Of a DNA stretch of 32,000 nt, positions 16,014 through 23,785 are shown piece by piece. Position 1 is the first letter of the stretch, and every line of letters starts with the position of its first letter. The notes under the pieces were generated by a model. The model made no database searches, had not been told where the DNA came from, and was given only the letters and a program-made list of their open reading frames with translations. The position numbers and the translations under genes were made by a program. Origin of the DNA: Candidatus Saccharimonadota bacterium (GTDB lineage Bacteria; Patescibacteriota; Microgenomatia; UBA1406; GWC2-37-13); NCBI GenBank assembly GCA_016700135.1, contig CP065004.1, positions 1,050,001-1,082,000 of the forward strand, written 5' to 3'.

Positions 16014-17285
16014 TCATCTATTGATAACAGCCTCTACAATGCGTTTCAGTTCACTATATGAGTTGCCTGAAGAAAAGACTGTTTGGGATTGATGATACGT
16101 CGGTTTTTGATCGGGTACAGTGATATCCGCTGACATCTTGATTTCCTCTGCAAATTTGACCGGGGAAGCGGTGGAAATAATGACGGGCGAGTCTAGCTTC
16201 AGGATATCAGCTGCCTTCCACGCGACTGCCGTATGCGGATCCAGAATGTAGCTATAAGTCTTATGTACTTTTTGCATCACTTGCTTCGTTTCTTCATCAG
16301 TCACTCGTACCGCAGTAAAAATTTCTTTAAAAAGTCCGTAATCACTTTTTACAGCATCCAGGATACGCTCAAAATTACTGGGATGTCCGATATCCATGGC
16401 CGTACTAAGAGTCTTGTGAGCGGGTTGCTTTTCATACATTCCCGTTTTGTAATATTTCACCACAGGATCATTGCTGTTGCAGGCAATGATGAGTTTTCTT
16501 ATCGGAATCCCGATCATTTTTGCATACAAGCCCGCTGTTACATTTCCCATATTTCCTGAGGGGACAACGAATGTAAGATTATCCTCCCGAAGTTTGGCCC
16601 AGGAAGAAGCATAATAAATCAACTGCGGAAGCAATCGTCCGATATTGATGGAGTTTGCCGAGGTAAGATTGTATTTTTTAAAATCAGAATCGGTAAAGGC
16701 CTGTTTTACCATCTTTTGACAGTCATCAAATGTTCCTTCGACTTCGATCGGATATATGTTTCTGCCGACATGTGTCAGCTGTTCTCTCTGAAGTTTGCTG
16801 ACTCTCCCTTTCGGAAAGAGAATTACGACTGATATATTGTCTTTTTCTGAAAATCCGTGTGCGACAGCACCGCCCGTATCACCGGATGTTGCCGTAATAA
16901 TCAATGTTCTTCGATTGTTCTTCCTGAGATAGTATTCCATAATTCCCGGCAGGACATGGGCTGCAACATCTTTAAAAGCCATTGTCGGCCCGTGAAACAA
17001 TTCCAGAATCCGTCGTTCTTGTACTGTCCGTATAGGAAGCGGAAATGACAGTCCTTCGGCAACGATCTTCATCAGTTCCGTTTGCGGAATGTCATCAATG
17101 AAAAGAGACAGTATTTTTGAGCCGATTTCTTCGATTGGTGCGCCCCGGAATGACGACAGCTCATCTCCGGAAAGGGAAGGAAACTTCTCAGGCACATACA
17201 ATCCTCCGTCCGGAGCAAGTCCCTGAAAAACCGCATCTTTAAATGTTACAACGTCTGCATGTGTGCGGGTACTTCGGAATTTCAT
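16014..17285 (-). CDS. thrC: threonine synthase
   Basis: 423 aa. The N-terminus FKDAVFQGLAPDGGLYVP and the PLP-lysine motif HGPTMAFKDVA are typical of ThrC. ATGA overlap with the upstream kinase gene. Confidence 0.9.
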   Translation of the reverse strand: MKFRSTRTHADVVTFKDAVFQGLAPDGGLYVPEKFPSLSGDELSSFRGAPIEEIGSKILSLFIDDIPQTELMKIVAEGLSFPLPIRTVQERRILELFHGPTMAFKDVAAHVLPGIMEYYLRKNNRRTLIITATSGDTGGAVAHGFSEKDNISVVILFPKGRVSKLQREQLTHVGRNIYPIEVEGTFDDCQKMVKQAFTDSDFKKYNLTSANSINIGRLLPQLIYYASSWAKLREDNLTFVVPSGNMGNVTAGLYAKMIGIPIRKLIIACNSNDPVVKYYKTGMYEKQPAHKTLSTAMDIGHPSNFERILDAVKSDYGLFKEIFTAVRVTDEETKQVMQKVHKTYSYILDPHTAVAWKAADILKLDSPVIISTASPVKFAEEIKMSADITVPDQKPTYHQSQTVFSSGNSYSELKRIVEAVINR

Positions 17286-17911
17286 ACTGCCTCGATATGT
17301 TCAATGAAATCTGAAGCCGTGAAGTCTTCCTGCCTGTGGATATCAAACGGGATGGTTATGTCAGCAATGTTCCCGTATTTTTTTGCCCGGAATGAGAGAA
17401 GATTCTGGTAACAACGCGCGAGAGCTTCTTCATTGGTTTCACCTTCCTTCGGCTTGTATGACTCTCCCCAGATAATCGGTTTGGGATTGCGTAAAAATTC
17501 CTGATAAATCTCCTGTTTTTTCTCTTCAGGTATGTCTAAATAGATAACAGAACTGATTTCTTTTAATCTTTTCAGAACACTACCCGTGGTGTATATTACG
17601 CTACCTGTAGTGTCTATAACTATTTTTTTCGGATTTCCGTTCATTGAAGTGATTTCGTCAAATATTTCCTCCATTACCTCGGTTTCAAAATCGAGGTATC
17701 GTTTACTTGTCTTCGGGTACTGAGGTTCATACGGATGTCCCATCCACTTTGCTACTTCATGGAGTCCCCGATATCCGTTTTTCCGCAGTTCAGGAGCAAG
17801 TCGCTTCTCAATCAGATCATCACATGTGATACGGGTGAAGCCGTGTTTTTGGAGCTCAAAAGCCCAGTATGTCTTGCCGGCACTTGACATGCCGACGAGT
17901 GAAATAATCAT
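17282..17911 (-). CDS. P-loop NTPase, shikimate-kinase/NMP-kinase-like small-molecule kinase of unknown substrate
   Basis: Walker A is at the extreme N-terminus (ISLVGMSSAGKT), followed by CDDLIEKRL and a VIDTTGSVIY segment laid out like the shikimate kinase family. It is translationally coupled to thrC. Confidence 0.65.
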   Translation of the reverse strand: MIISLVGMSSAGKTYWAFELQKHGFTRITCDDLIEKRLAPELRKNGYRGLHEVAKWMGHPYEPQYPKTSKRYLDFETEVMEEIFDEITSMNGNPKKIVIDTTGSVIYTTGSVLKRLKEISSVIYLDIPEEKKQEIYQEFLRNPKPIIWGESYKPKEGETNEEALARCYQNLLSFRAKKYGNIADITIPFDIHRQEDFTASDFIEHIEAV

Positions 17912-17929
17912 AAAAACGCTTATTAATAA

Positions 17930-19666
17930 CTACTGTTTATCGCTGATTTGTTTGACAGCTGCTTTGGTGAAATCTTCAAGTTTCATTGTCTCCGTGTTGC
18001 CGTCTCTGGATCTTACATTCACTTCTCCCGCCTCGACCTCTTTATCTCCGATAACAAGCATGTACGGAATTTTGGCTTTTTGTGCCGTTCTGATTTTCTT
18101 CTGCATCGATTCGGATTTATCGTTGAGTTCTGATCGAATCGCTTTTTCAGTTAATTCATTCCTGACTTTTTCCGCGAACTCATTATGTCGGTCTGCAATC
18201 GGAATAATCTCCACCTGTACTGGTGCAAGCCAGAACGGAAATGCTCCGGCATAATGTTCGATCAGGATGGAAAGGAACCGTTCGATCGATCCCATGATTG
18301 CGGCATGGATCATGACAATGCGTTCTTCTTCTCCTTTTTCATTGACACATGTCAGATCAAACCGTTCGGGCATGTTCATATCAAGCTGAATTGTTGCAAC
18401 CTGCCATTCACGGCCGAGCGAATCTTTTGCCATAAAATCAAGTTTCGGACCGTAAAAAGCCGCTTCTCCTTCCGCTTCTTCAGCCTCCGCATGGTGTTCT
18501 TTGATAATTTCGCGAAGCATGTTCTCGGCTTCCTGCCACTTATTTTCATCTCCGAGATATTTTTCCGGCTCTTTCGGATCATGGAGAGACAATCTGATTT
18601 TCAGATTGAATCCGAACGTACTGTAGAATGTCTGCACAATGTCCCAGATTTTCAGAAACTCATCCTTCACCTGTGAGAACCTTGCAAAAACATGTGCATC
18701 GTCCTGACTGAAAGCACGAACCCGCGAGAGTCCGGAAAGTTCACCAGTTTGTTCATCGCGATAACAGGTTGTCGTATTGGCGTATCGCTGCGGCAGTTCA
18801 CGGAAACTCCATTTTTTGCGGGCATAGATCTGTGTATGATGCGGACAGTTCATCGGTTTCATGGCAAATTCGTGTCCTTCGCGTGTCGTAATTTTGAAAA
18901 GTTCATCAGAAAACTTTGCCCAGTGCCCTGATGTTTCATACAGTTCCTTTTTTGTAATATGCGGTATCTCAACCCGTGAATATCCTTTTTCCCGTCTCAG
19001 CTGCCAGACATATTCATCCAGCAGATTCCTGACAAGGGTTCCTTTTGGTGTCCAGAGCGGTAAGCCCGGTCCCACCAGTTCCGAAAAAACAAACAGATCA
19101 AGCTCTTTTCCCAATTTTTTGTGATCTCTTTTTTTTGCTTCATCACGTTGTGTGATAAAGGCCTCGAGTTCTTCTTTTGTCGGGAAAGCCGTACCGTAAA
19201 TGCGGGTAAGCATGTTGTTCTTTTCGTTGCCTCGCCAGTAAGCTCCTGCGAGTGACATCAGTTTGAAGTGTCTCAGTTCTTCCTTCGGGTTTTCAATATG
19301 GCCTCCGCGGCAGAGGTCAATGAATTCTCCGGATTTATAAAGCGTGATTTCTTCTTTTTTTTCTTCGAGTTCTCTGATAATTTCCAGTTTGTATTCGTTT
19401 CCATTGAATTGATTCCGCGCTTTTTCTGCATCGACGGGGATTTTTTCAAAGCTTTCCCATTTCTTGACCAGTTCTCTCATTTTCTGTTCGATTTTACCCA
19501 GATCCTGCTCTGATATCGGTTCCTTAAATTCAAAGTCATAGTAAAAACCATCTTCTATCGGTGGTCCGATAGTCGGCTTTGTATCAGGATAAAGTTCAAG
19601 AACTGCCGCTGCCAATAGATGTGCGGCTGAGTGTCGGAGTGCATCAAGAGATTGCTGGTCTTTCAT
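17930..19666 (-). CDS. thrS: threonine--tRNA ligase (no N-terminal TGS domain)
   Basis: Contains the editing-domain motif RHSAAHLLAAAV, class II motif 2 CYRDEQTGELSGLSRVRAFSQDDAHVF and a C-terminal anticodon-binding domain. ATG 19666 is preferred over the TTG at 19690. Confidence 0.95.
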   Translation of the reverse strand: MKDQQSLDALRHSAAHLLAAAVLELYPDTKPTIGPPIEDGFYYDFEFKEPISEQDLGKIEQKMRELVKKWESFEKIPVDAEKARNQFNGNEYKLEIIRELEEKKEEITLYKSGEFIDLCRGGHIENPKEELRHFKLMSLAGAYWRGNEKNNMLTRIYGTAFPTKEELEAFITQRDEAKKRDHKKLGKELDLFVFSELVGPGLPLWTPKGTLVRNLLDEYVWQLRREKGYSRVEIPHITKKELYETSGHWAKFSDELFKITTREGHEFAMKPMNCPHHTQIYARKKWSFRELPQRYANTTTCYRDEQTGELSGLSRVRAFSQDDAHVFARFSQVKDEFLKIWDIVQTFYSTFGFNLKIRLSLHDPKEPEKYLGDENKWQEAENMLREIIKEHHAEAEEAEGEAAFYGPKLDFMAKDSLGREWQVATIQLDMNMPERFDLTCVNEKGEEERIVMIHAAIMGSIERFLSILIEHYAGAFPFWLAPVQVEIIPIADRHNEFAEKVRNELTEKAIRSELNDKSESMQKKIRTAQKAKIPYMLVIGDKEVEAGEVNVRSRDGNTETMKLEDFTKAAVKQISDKQ

Positions 19667-19715
19667 AAATTGAGTTTTCTTGCTTTGCAAGCTAAATGGT
19701 AATAATACGGTATAT

Positions 19716-19740
19716 AAAAAAAATCCCTCCGTTTGGAGGG
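19716..19740 (-). terminator. intrinsic terminator CCCTCC-AAAC-GGAGGG followed by A+T8
   Basis: The minus strand reads gaagCCCTCCaaacGGAGGGaTTTTTTTTata. It lies downstream of a strong promoter and 50 nt upstream of the thrS ATG. Confidence 0.75.
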
Positions 19741-19767
19741 CTTCAAAAAATCACGTGACTACCCTCC
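19735..19767 (-). promoter_or_regulatory. candidate antiterminator pairing (upstream GGAGGG 19767-19762 with CCCTCC 19740-19735)
   Basis: The 10-nt AAACGGAGGG occurs twice (19771-19762 and 19734-19725). Both copies can pair with the single CCCTCC, so the two structures are mutually exclusive. Confidence 0.55.
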
Positions 19768-19769
19768 GT

Positions 19770-19820
19770 TTAACGGATAATGTCGGTAGCGGTTGTGATT
19801 CGGTCCGTCGTTGTGATCAT
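19770..19820 (-). CDS. Thr/Ile-rich leader peptide MITTTDRITTATDIIR (thr-operon-type attenuation leader)
   Basis: ATG lies 7 nt after the -10 hexamer (leaderless). The 16 codons include 6 Thr and 4 Ile. The TAA stop lies 2 nt before the antiterminator arm. Confidence 0.55.
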   Translation of the reverse strand: MITTTDRITTATDIIR

Positions 19821-19827
19821 TAGTACA

Positions 19828-19855
19828 ATTGTAACACTCTGCCATGATATGTCAA
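19828..19855 (-). promoter_or_regulatory. near-consensus sigma70 promoter TTGACA-N16-(TGt)TACAAT
   Basis: Read on the minus strand 6 nt after the pilin stop: caaagTTGACAtatcatggcagagtgtTACAATtgtactaATG. Confidence 0.65.
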
Positions 19856-19861
19856 CTTTGC

Positions 19862-20380
19862 TTAGGAACAGCTTGGATGGTAGGTTGCAAGTTGTGTCAC
19901 GATGTCATCACCAGTGTTGAATAAACCGTCAGGACCGACGCTTCTTATAGAGTCCCGCCGGCAAGGGTTGGTGGGATATTCTCCGTCGTTTTCATCGACA
20001 ACATACGGACTTCCCCAGGGATCACGGGTATATTCGGTGATATCACCGTATCCTGCTGCGGAAACGGTATTCATGACATTTATCCAACGCTGCATACAGA
20101 TATGTGAAGTGGGGACATTGCGAAGATCGCCGGTATTGCATGCATTACAAAAACTGCAGTAATTTCCGGTGATTTGTCCGAACAACTGACCAGATTTTAC
20201 CCGCGCTGTTTCTACGCCTTTTTTAATATCTTCCAAGTCAGTCTCAGCGCTTGAAACACGGGTGTCATCTATGGTACTTCTGAATGACGCGGCACCGACT
20301 GTGGCAATTACGCCGATTATGCCCAACACAATAACAAGTTCAAGAAGTGTAAATGCTTTGTTCATGTCCGGGAATGTCAT
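19862..20380 (-). CDS. type IV pilin (candidate major pilin), Cys-rich globular domain
   Basis: MTFPDMNKA|FTLLELVIVLGIIGVIATVGAASF is a prepilin signal. The C-terminal domain has 7 Cys. The gene has its own promoter and terminator. Confidence 0.8.
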   Translation of the reverse strand: MTFPDMNKAFTLLELVIVLGIIGVIATVGAASFRSTIDDTRVSSAETDLEDIKKGVETARVKSGQLFGQITGNYCSFCNACNTGDLRNVPTSHICMQRWINVMNTVSAAGYGDITEYTRDPWGSPYVVDENDGEYPTNPCRRDSIRSVGPDGLFNTGDDIVTQLATYHPSCS

Positions 20381-20386
20381 ATGTAT

Positions 20387-20392
20387 ACTATA
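20387..20392 (-). promoter_or_regulatory. -10 hexamer TATAGT, 6 nt upstream of the pilin ATG
   Basis: The minus strand reads attgatTATAGTatacatATG. This supports the 20380 start and a leaderless mRNA. Confidence 0.35.
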
Positions 20393-20422
20393 ATCAATTT
20401 TCTGTTGAAAATCACATCGGGG

Positions 20423-21418
20423 TCATGCTACTCCAACTGCATCTTTTACTTCTCTGAGTGTTTGTTCGGCAATAAGGTTTGCCTTTTCTGCACCTTTTTT
20501 GCGGAGTTCCGAAATACGATCCATATCGTGCTGCAGTTCTTCCTTTCGCTTTTTCATATCGGCAAAATACTCAAGGAAATAATTAAGAAGAATTTTTTTG
20601 ATTTCGACATCACCGATTGTACCATTCTTATACCGCTCTTTCATATCTTCGAGTTTATTCCTCTCATACTCCATAAGCCCGAGATATGTAAATGCAACGT
20701 TTTTGTCCGGATCACCGGGATCAGTGGGATGAATACGGGCAGGATCGGTCGTGACTGACATAATTTGCTTTTTCACAATATCTTCAGAAGCAAAAATCGG
20801 AATATCATTTCCGAGTGATTTACTCATTTTGCGTTGGCCGTCAATACCGGGAACACGGGCAACATCCTTTTTGACAAATAGCTCAGGAACTTTCAGCACG
20901 TCTCCGTATCTGTTGTTGAATGTCCGCGCAATATCCCGGCAGATCTCAACATGCTGTGTCTGATCTTCACCCACAGGGATAACATCGGGATTAAATGCGA
21001 GAATATCAGCAGCCATAAGCACCGGATATGAAAACAGCCCGAAATTTATGGCATCCTGAGACACATCATTCTGCAGCTTATCTTTGTAGGCGTGCATCCT
21101 TTTGAGCTCCGCAACCGTCACTGCGTTATTCAGTATCGTCTGCAAATACGGAATGCTGTGAATATCGCTTTGGATATAAAATGTCGTCTTCTCAGGATCA
21201 AGACCGAAAGCCAGATATTCGATGAAAATATTCATCGTATTTTTATGTACTTCCTCAGGGTCAAAAACATTATTCAGTGCATGAAGATTCGCTATAAAGT
21301 AAAAACAATCACCTTTCTCCTGAAATTCAATGTGAGGTTTGACTGCTCCAAGATAATTTCCGAGATGAAGTCCTTTGGCTGAACTCGGCGTTATTCCAGA
21401 TAGTATTCGTTTTTGCAT
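20423..21418 (-). CDS. trpS: tryptophan--tRNA ligase
   Basis: Class I motifs GLHLGNYLGA (HIGH region) and KMSKS are present. Start at MQKRILSGITPS (21418). The ORF-track extension was rejected. Confidence 0.95.
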   Translation of the reverse strand: MQKRILSGITPSSAKGLHLGNYLGAVKPHIEFQEKGDCFYFIANLHALNNVFDPEEVHKNTMNIFIEYLAFGLDPEKTTFYIQSDIHSIPYLQTILNNAVTVAELKRMHAYKDKLQNDVSQDAINFGLFSYPVLMAADILAFNPDVIPVGEDQTQHVEICRDIARTFNNRYGDVLKVPELFVKKDVARVPGIDGQRKMSKSLGNDIPIFASEDIVKKQIMSVTTDPARIHPTDPGDPDKNVAFTYLGLMEYERNKLEDMKERYKNGTIGDVEIKKILLNYFLEYFADMKKRKEELQHDMDRISELRKKGAEKANLIAEQTLREVKDAVGVA

Positions 21419-21430
21419 ATTACTCTCACC

Positions 21431-21439
21431 ATTATAGCA
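21431..21439 (-). promoter_or_regulatory. extended -10 promoter TGCTATAAT for trpS
   Basis: The minus strand reads cgaTGCTATAATggtgagagtaatATG. Confidence 0.45.
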
Positions 21440-21478
21440 TCGTTTTTCCGTATAATGAAAACATACGAGGTCATTTTT

Positions 21479-23476
21479 ATGGCGAAGAAACCAATTAATT
21501 TTCATTCTTTACTACTGCCGGGAATACTGCTTCTTCTTACTCTTGCGGCCGGCGGAGTGATTTTCTTTGCGCTGAAACAAAGTGATACGTCAGAGAAGCA
21601 CGAAACAATCCAGGATATCCCCACAGAGGCTTCTCAATCGACAAATATTTTGGTTTATGATGTGACAGCCCCTGATACGGCTTTTACGGGAACGGCAAAG
21701 GAAAAAAATACTGAAGCGAGCGTACCTCTTAAGTTCAGAACAATTCGGTCTACTGATTATGACTATGACGACGAACGGGAACAGTACAAGACAACCGTTG
21801 TGCGACTGGCCACACGGACTGATATGACATTAGCGGTAACTATTCCGGGCAACCCGACCAGTGCCGTGCTGAGAAGTCCGACAGCTGATCTCCCGGTGAC
21901 TGTCTCAGGCGGGGTGGTGACGTTTGACTTACCGGCGATACCCGGAAATTATTACTTAAAAACGAATCTGCCGGATGAAGGCGAGTACATCCAAACAATG
22001 GTATTCTGGGTAGATAAACTTGATGACATCACCGTTACCAAGCCGACACAGGCAACTGAAGTATTGCCGGGGCAACCTCTTCAGGCCGTGATCGACGGTG
22101 CTCAACCGGGAACGATGATTTATCTTGCGCCTGGTATCCACTCGGCATCAGGAATTCGAATCGATTCAAAGAATGATATCTCACTTATTTTTCATCCGAA
22201 TGCCGTTTTAAATCAGACTTCAACCGACGAGAAATTTATCGATATAAACAGGTCCTCAAACGTGACAATAAAGGGGCCGGGAGAAATCCGGGCAGCCAAA
22301 GGTAACGGTCAAACAGTCTTATATGCACATGACTCCAACAACCTGATTCTTAACGACTTTTTCATCTATAAAATCCATCATCGTGACGGCTGGACTCTTC
22401 ATGTGTACCGTGATGACACCGTGCAGGTCAACCAGGTGAGAATTATTTCCGGAAATGACGGAACAGATCCTGACAGCTCGAAGAACGTGACTTACAACAA
22501 TATTTACATCGAAGCTCAGGATGATGCTGTAGCGATTAAGACACGGGGAGGAGAAGCAAATACCATTACGCTTAACAACGTTTTAGCAAAATCCGCCGCA
22601 TCGTCTTTGAAAATCGGAGAGGCAACGGTTGATTCTTTGACGACCAATATTACTTTCAAAAACAGTACGGTATTTGACAGTGATCGCGCTCTGGTGGTGA
22701 TGCCACGCGGCAACGGACGGATCGGGAATGTGCTCTATCAAAATATCCGGGTACTTTCGATGAGATCAAATAAGGAAGGGAGAACGATTCGTGTACTGAA
22801 ATCCGCAACGGATACAAGCGGCAGTATATTTGACGGGTCCTCCATTGTGTTTGATAATGTGTATGCAGAGTTTATCAAACCTGCTGAAATCAGACAGGCT
22901 GTGACGATCAAACATTCCAGGTTTGTTTCAAATGGTGGGATGAATATGTTTCCGGATACCTGTCCAACATTGATCAACCTGACTCTCGAAGGAGGGGCGA
23001 CGACAACCTGTACTATCCAAACGGAACCGACGTATACTCCTACTCCGACTGTGGGAGGTACCACACCTACTCCTACTTCTCCTGCTGCTACGGCAACAGT
23101 CCCACCGGGGACAACACCGACTCCTACTGCCGCAGCATCAACTCCGACACCGACAACGACAGCCCCGACCCCTACTCATACGGCTACGCCCACCTTGACT
23201 CCTACTCCTACATTGACGCCGACTCCCACCGCTACCCCGACTCCTACATCCACACCAACTCCGACCAGTACGCCGACTCCAACATCTACTCCGACGCCTA
23301 CATTTACCCCGACTCCCACGTTTACTCTTACTCCTACTCCGACTCAAACACCGGTGCCGACTGCAACATTTACACCTGTACCTGAGCTGAAAGTAAACGG
23401 TCAGCCGCCGGGATTCAATCCTCTCTACTTTGTAGGTATTCCTCTCATGATAATTATTGCGGCGCTGCTAATGTAG
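21479..23476 (+). CDS. secreted right-handed beta-helix protein, GH28 (polygalacturonase)-like, with Pro/Thr linker and C-terminal TM anchor
   Basis: N-terminal signal/TM MAKKPINFHSLLLPGILLLLTLAAGGVIFFAL. SGNDGTDPDSS and QDDAVAIKT resemble the GH28 NTDG and GDDC(I/V)AIK motifs. A ~120-aa (T/P)-rich linker follows, and the protein ends in the hydrophobic YFVGIPLMIIIAALLM. GAGG lies 8 nt upstream of ATG 21479. Confidence 0.7.
   Translation: MAKKPINFHSLLLPGILLLLTLAAGGVIFFALKQSDTSEKHETIQDIPTEASQSTNILVYDVTAPDTAFTGTAKEKNTEASVPLKFRTIRSTDYDYDDEREQYKTTVVRLATRTDMTLAVTIPGNPTSAVLRSPTADLPVTVSGGVVTFDLPAIPGNYYLKTNLPDEGEYIQTMVFWVDKLDDITVTKPTQATEVLPGQPLQAVIDGAQPGTMIYLAPGIHSASGIRIDSKNDISLIFHPNAVLNQTSTDEKFIDINRSSNVTIKGPGEIRAAKGNGQTVLYAHDSNNLILNDFFIYKIHHRDGWTLHVYRDDTVQVNQVRIISGNDGTDPDSSKNVTYNNIYIEAQDDAVAIKTRGGEANTITLNNVLAKSAASSLKIGEATVDSLTTNITFKNSTVFDSDRALVVMPRGNGRIGNVLYQNIRVLSMRSNKEGRTIRVLKSATDTSGSIFDGSSIVFDNVYAEFIKPAEIRQAVTIKHSRFVSNGGMNMFPDTCPTLINLTLEGGATTTCTIQTEPTYTPTPTVGGTTPTPTSPAATATVPPGTTPTPTAAASTPTPTTTAPTPTHTATPTLTPTPTLTPTPTATPTPTSTPTPTSTPTPTSTPTPTFTPTPTFTLTPTPTQTPVPTATFTPVPELKVNGQPPGFNPLYFVGIPLMIIIAALLM
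23021..23383 (+). repeat. low-complexity Pro/Thr-coding repeat (ACNCCN-type periodicity) inside the GH28-like gene
   Basis: The translation is TPTPTxTPTPT repeated. The antisense frames give an artefactual Arg/Ser/Cys ORF. Confidence 0.85.
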
Positions 23477-23493
23477 AAAAGTGAGTTGGTTAT

Positions 23494-23700
23494 TTATTCA
23501 TCAGGCATGATGCCGCGCTCAGTAAGTTGATTTCTGAGGTTCAGCATCTGATCATATGCATCTGCTGTCGGGTCTCGTTCGGCTGATTCCATCAAAAACG
23601 AATTGTCTGCTTGATGCGGTATGACAGACAACTGCATAAGAAGTATTTGATATCGGAGAAGAAGAATCTGATCCTGATGGGGTAATGAAACATGTTCCAT
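23494..23700 (-). CDS. hypothetical 68-aa protein (weak call)
   Basis: Open frame with an ATG start 11 nt downstream of the tRNA 3' end. There is no SD and no recognisable motif. Confidence 0.25.
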   Translation of the reverse strand: MEHVSLPHQDQILLLRYQILLMQLSVIPHQADNSFLMESAERDPTADAYDQMLNLRNQLTERGIMPDE

Positions 23701-23711
23701 ACGGGAAAGTG

Positions 23712-23785
23712 TGGGCGTATCAGGACTTGAACCTGAGACCTTTACAATGTCAATGTAACGCTCTAGCCAACTGAGCTATACGCCC
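23712..23785 (-). tRNA. tRNA-Val (anticodon GAC)
   Basis: Hand-folded cloverleaf: acceptor GGGCGTA/TACGCCC, D-arm GCTC-AGTTGGCTA-GAGC, anticodon arm TTACA-TTGACAT-TGTAA, variable AGGTC, T-arm TCAGG-TTCAAGT-CCTGA, discriminator A. CCA is not encoded. Confidence 0.9.

Noticed and set aside
19725-19772. T-box riboswitch upstream of thrS (AGGGUAGUCACGUG resembles the T-box AGGGUGGUACCGCG)
   Set aside because: Only about 9-10 of 13-14 positions match. The UGGN tRNA-acceptor-binding bulge is disrupted (UAGU). The whole leader is ~105 nt, too short for Stem I and the other helices. A Thr/Ile-rich leader peptide explains the alternative hairpins better. A cmsearch with the T-box model would settle it.
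23138-23347. 69-aa Arg/Ser/Cys-rich ORF on the minus strand
   Set aside because: It is the antisense reading of the Pro/Thr-coding low-complexity repeat of the GH28-like gene, so it is a compositional artefact.
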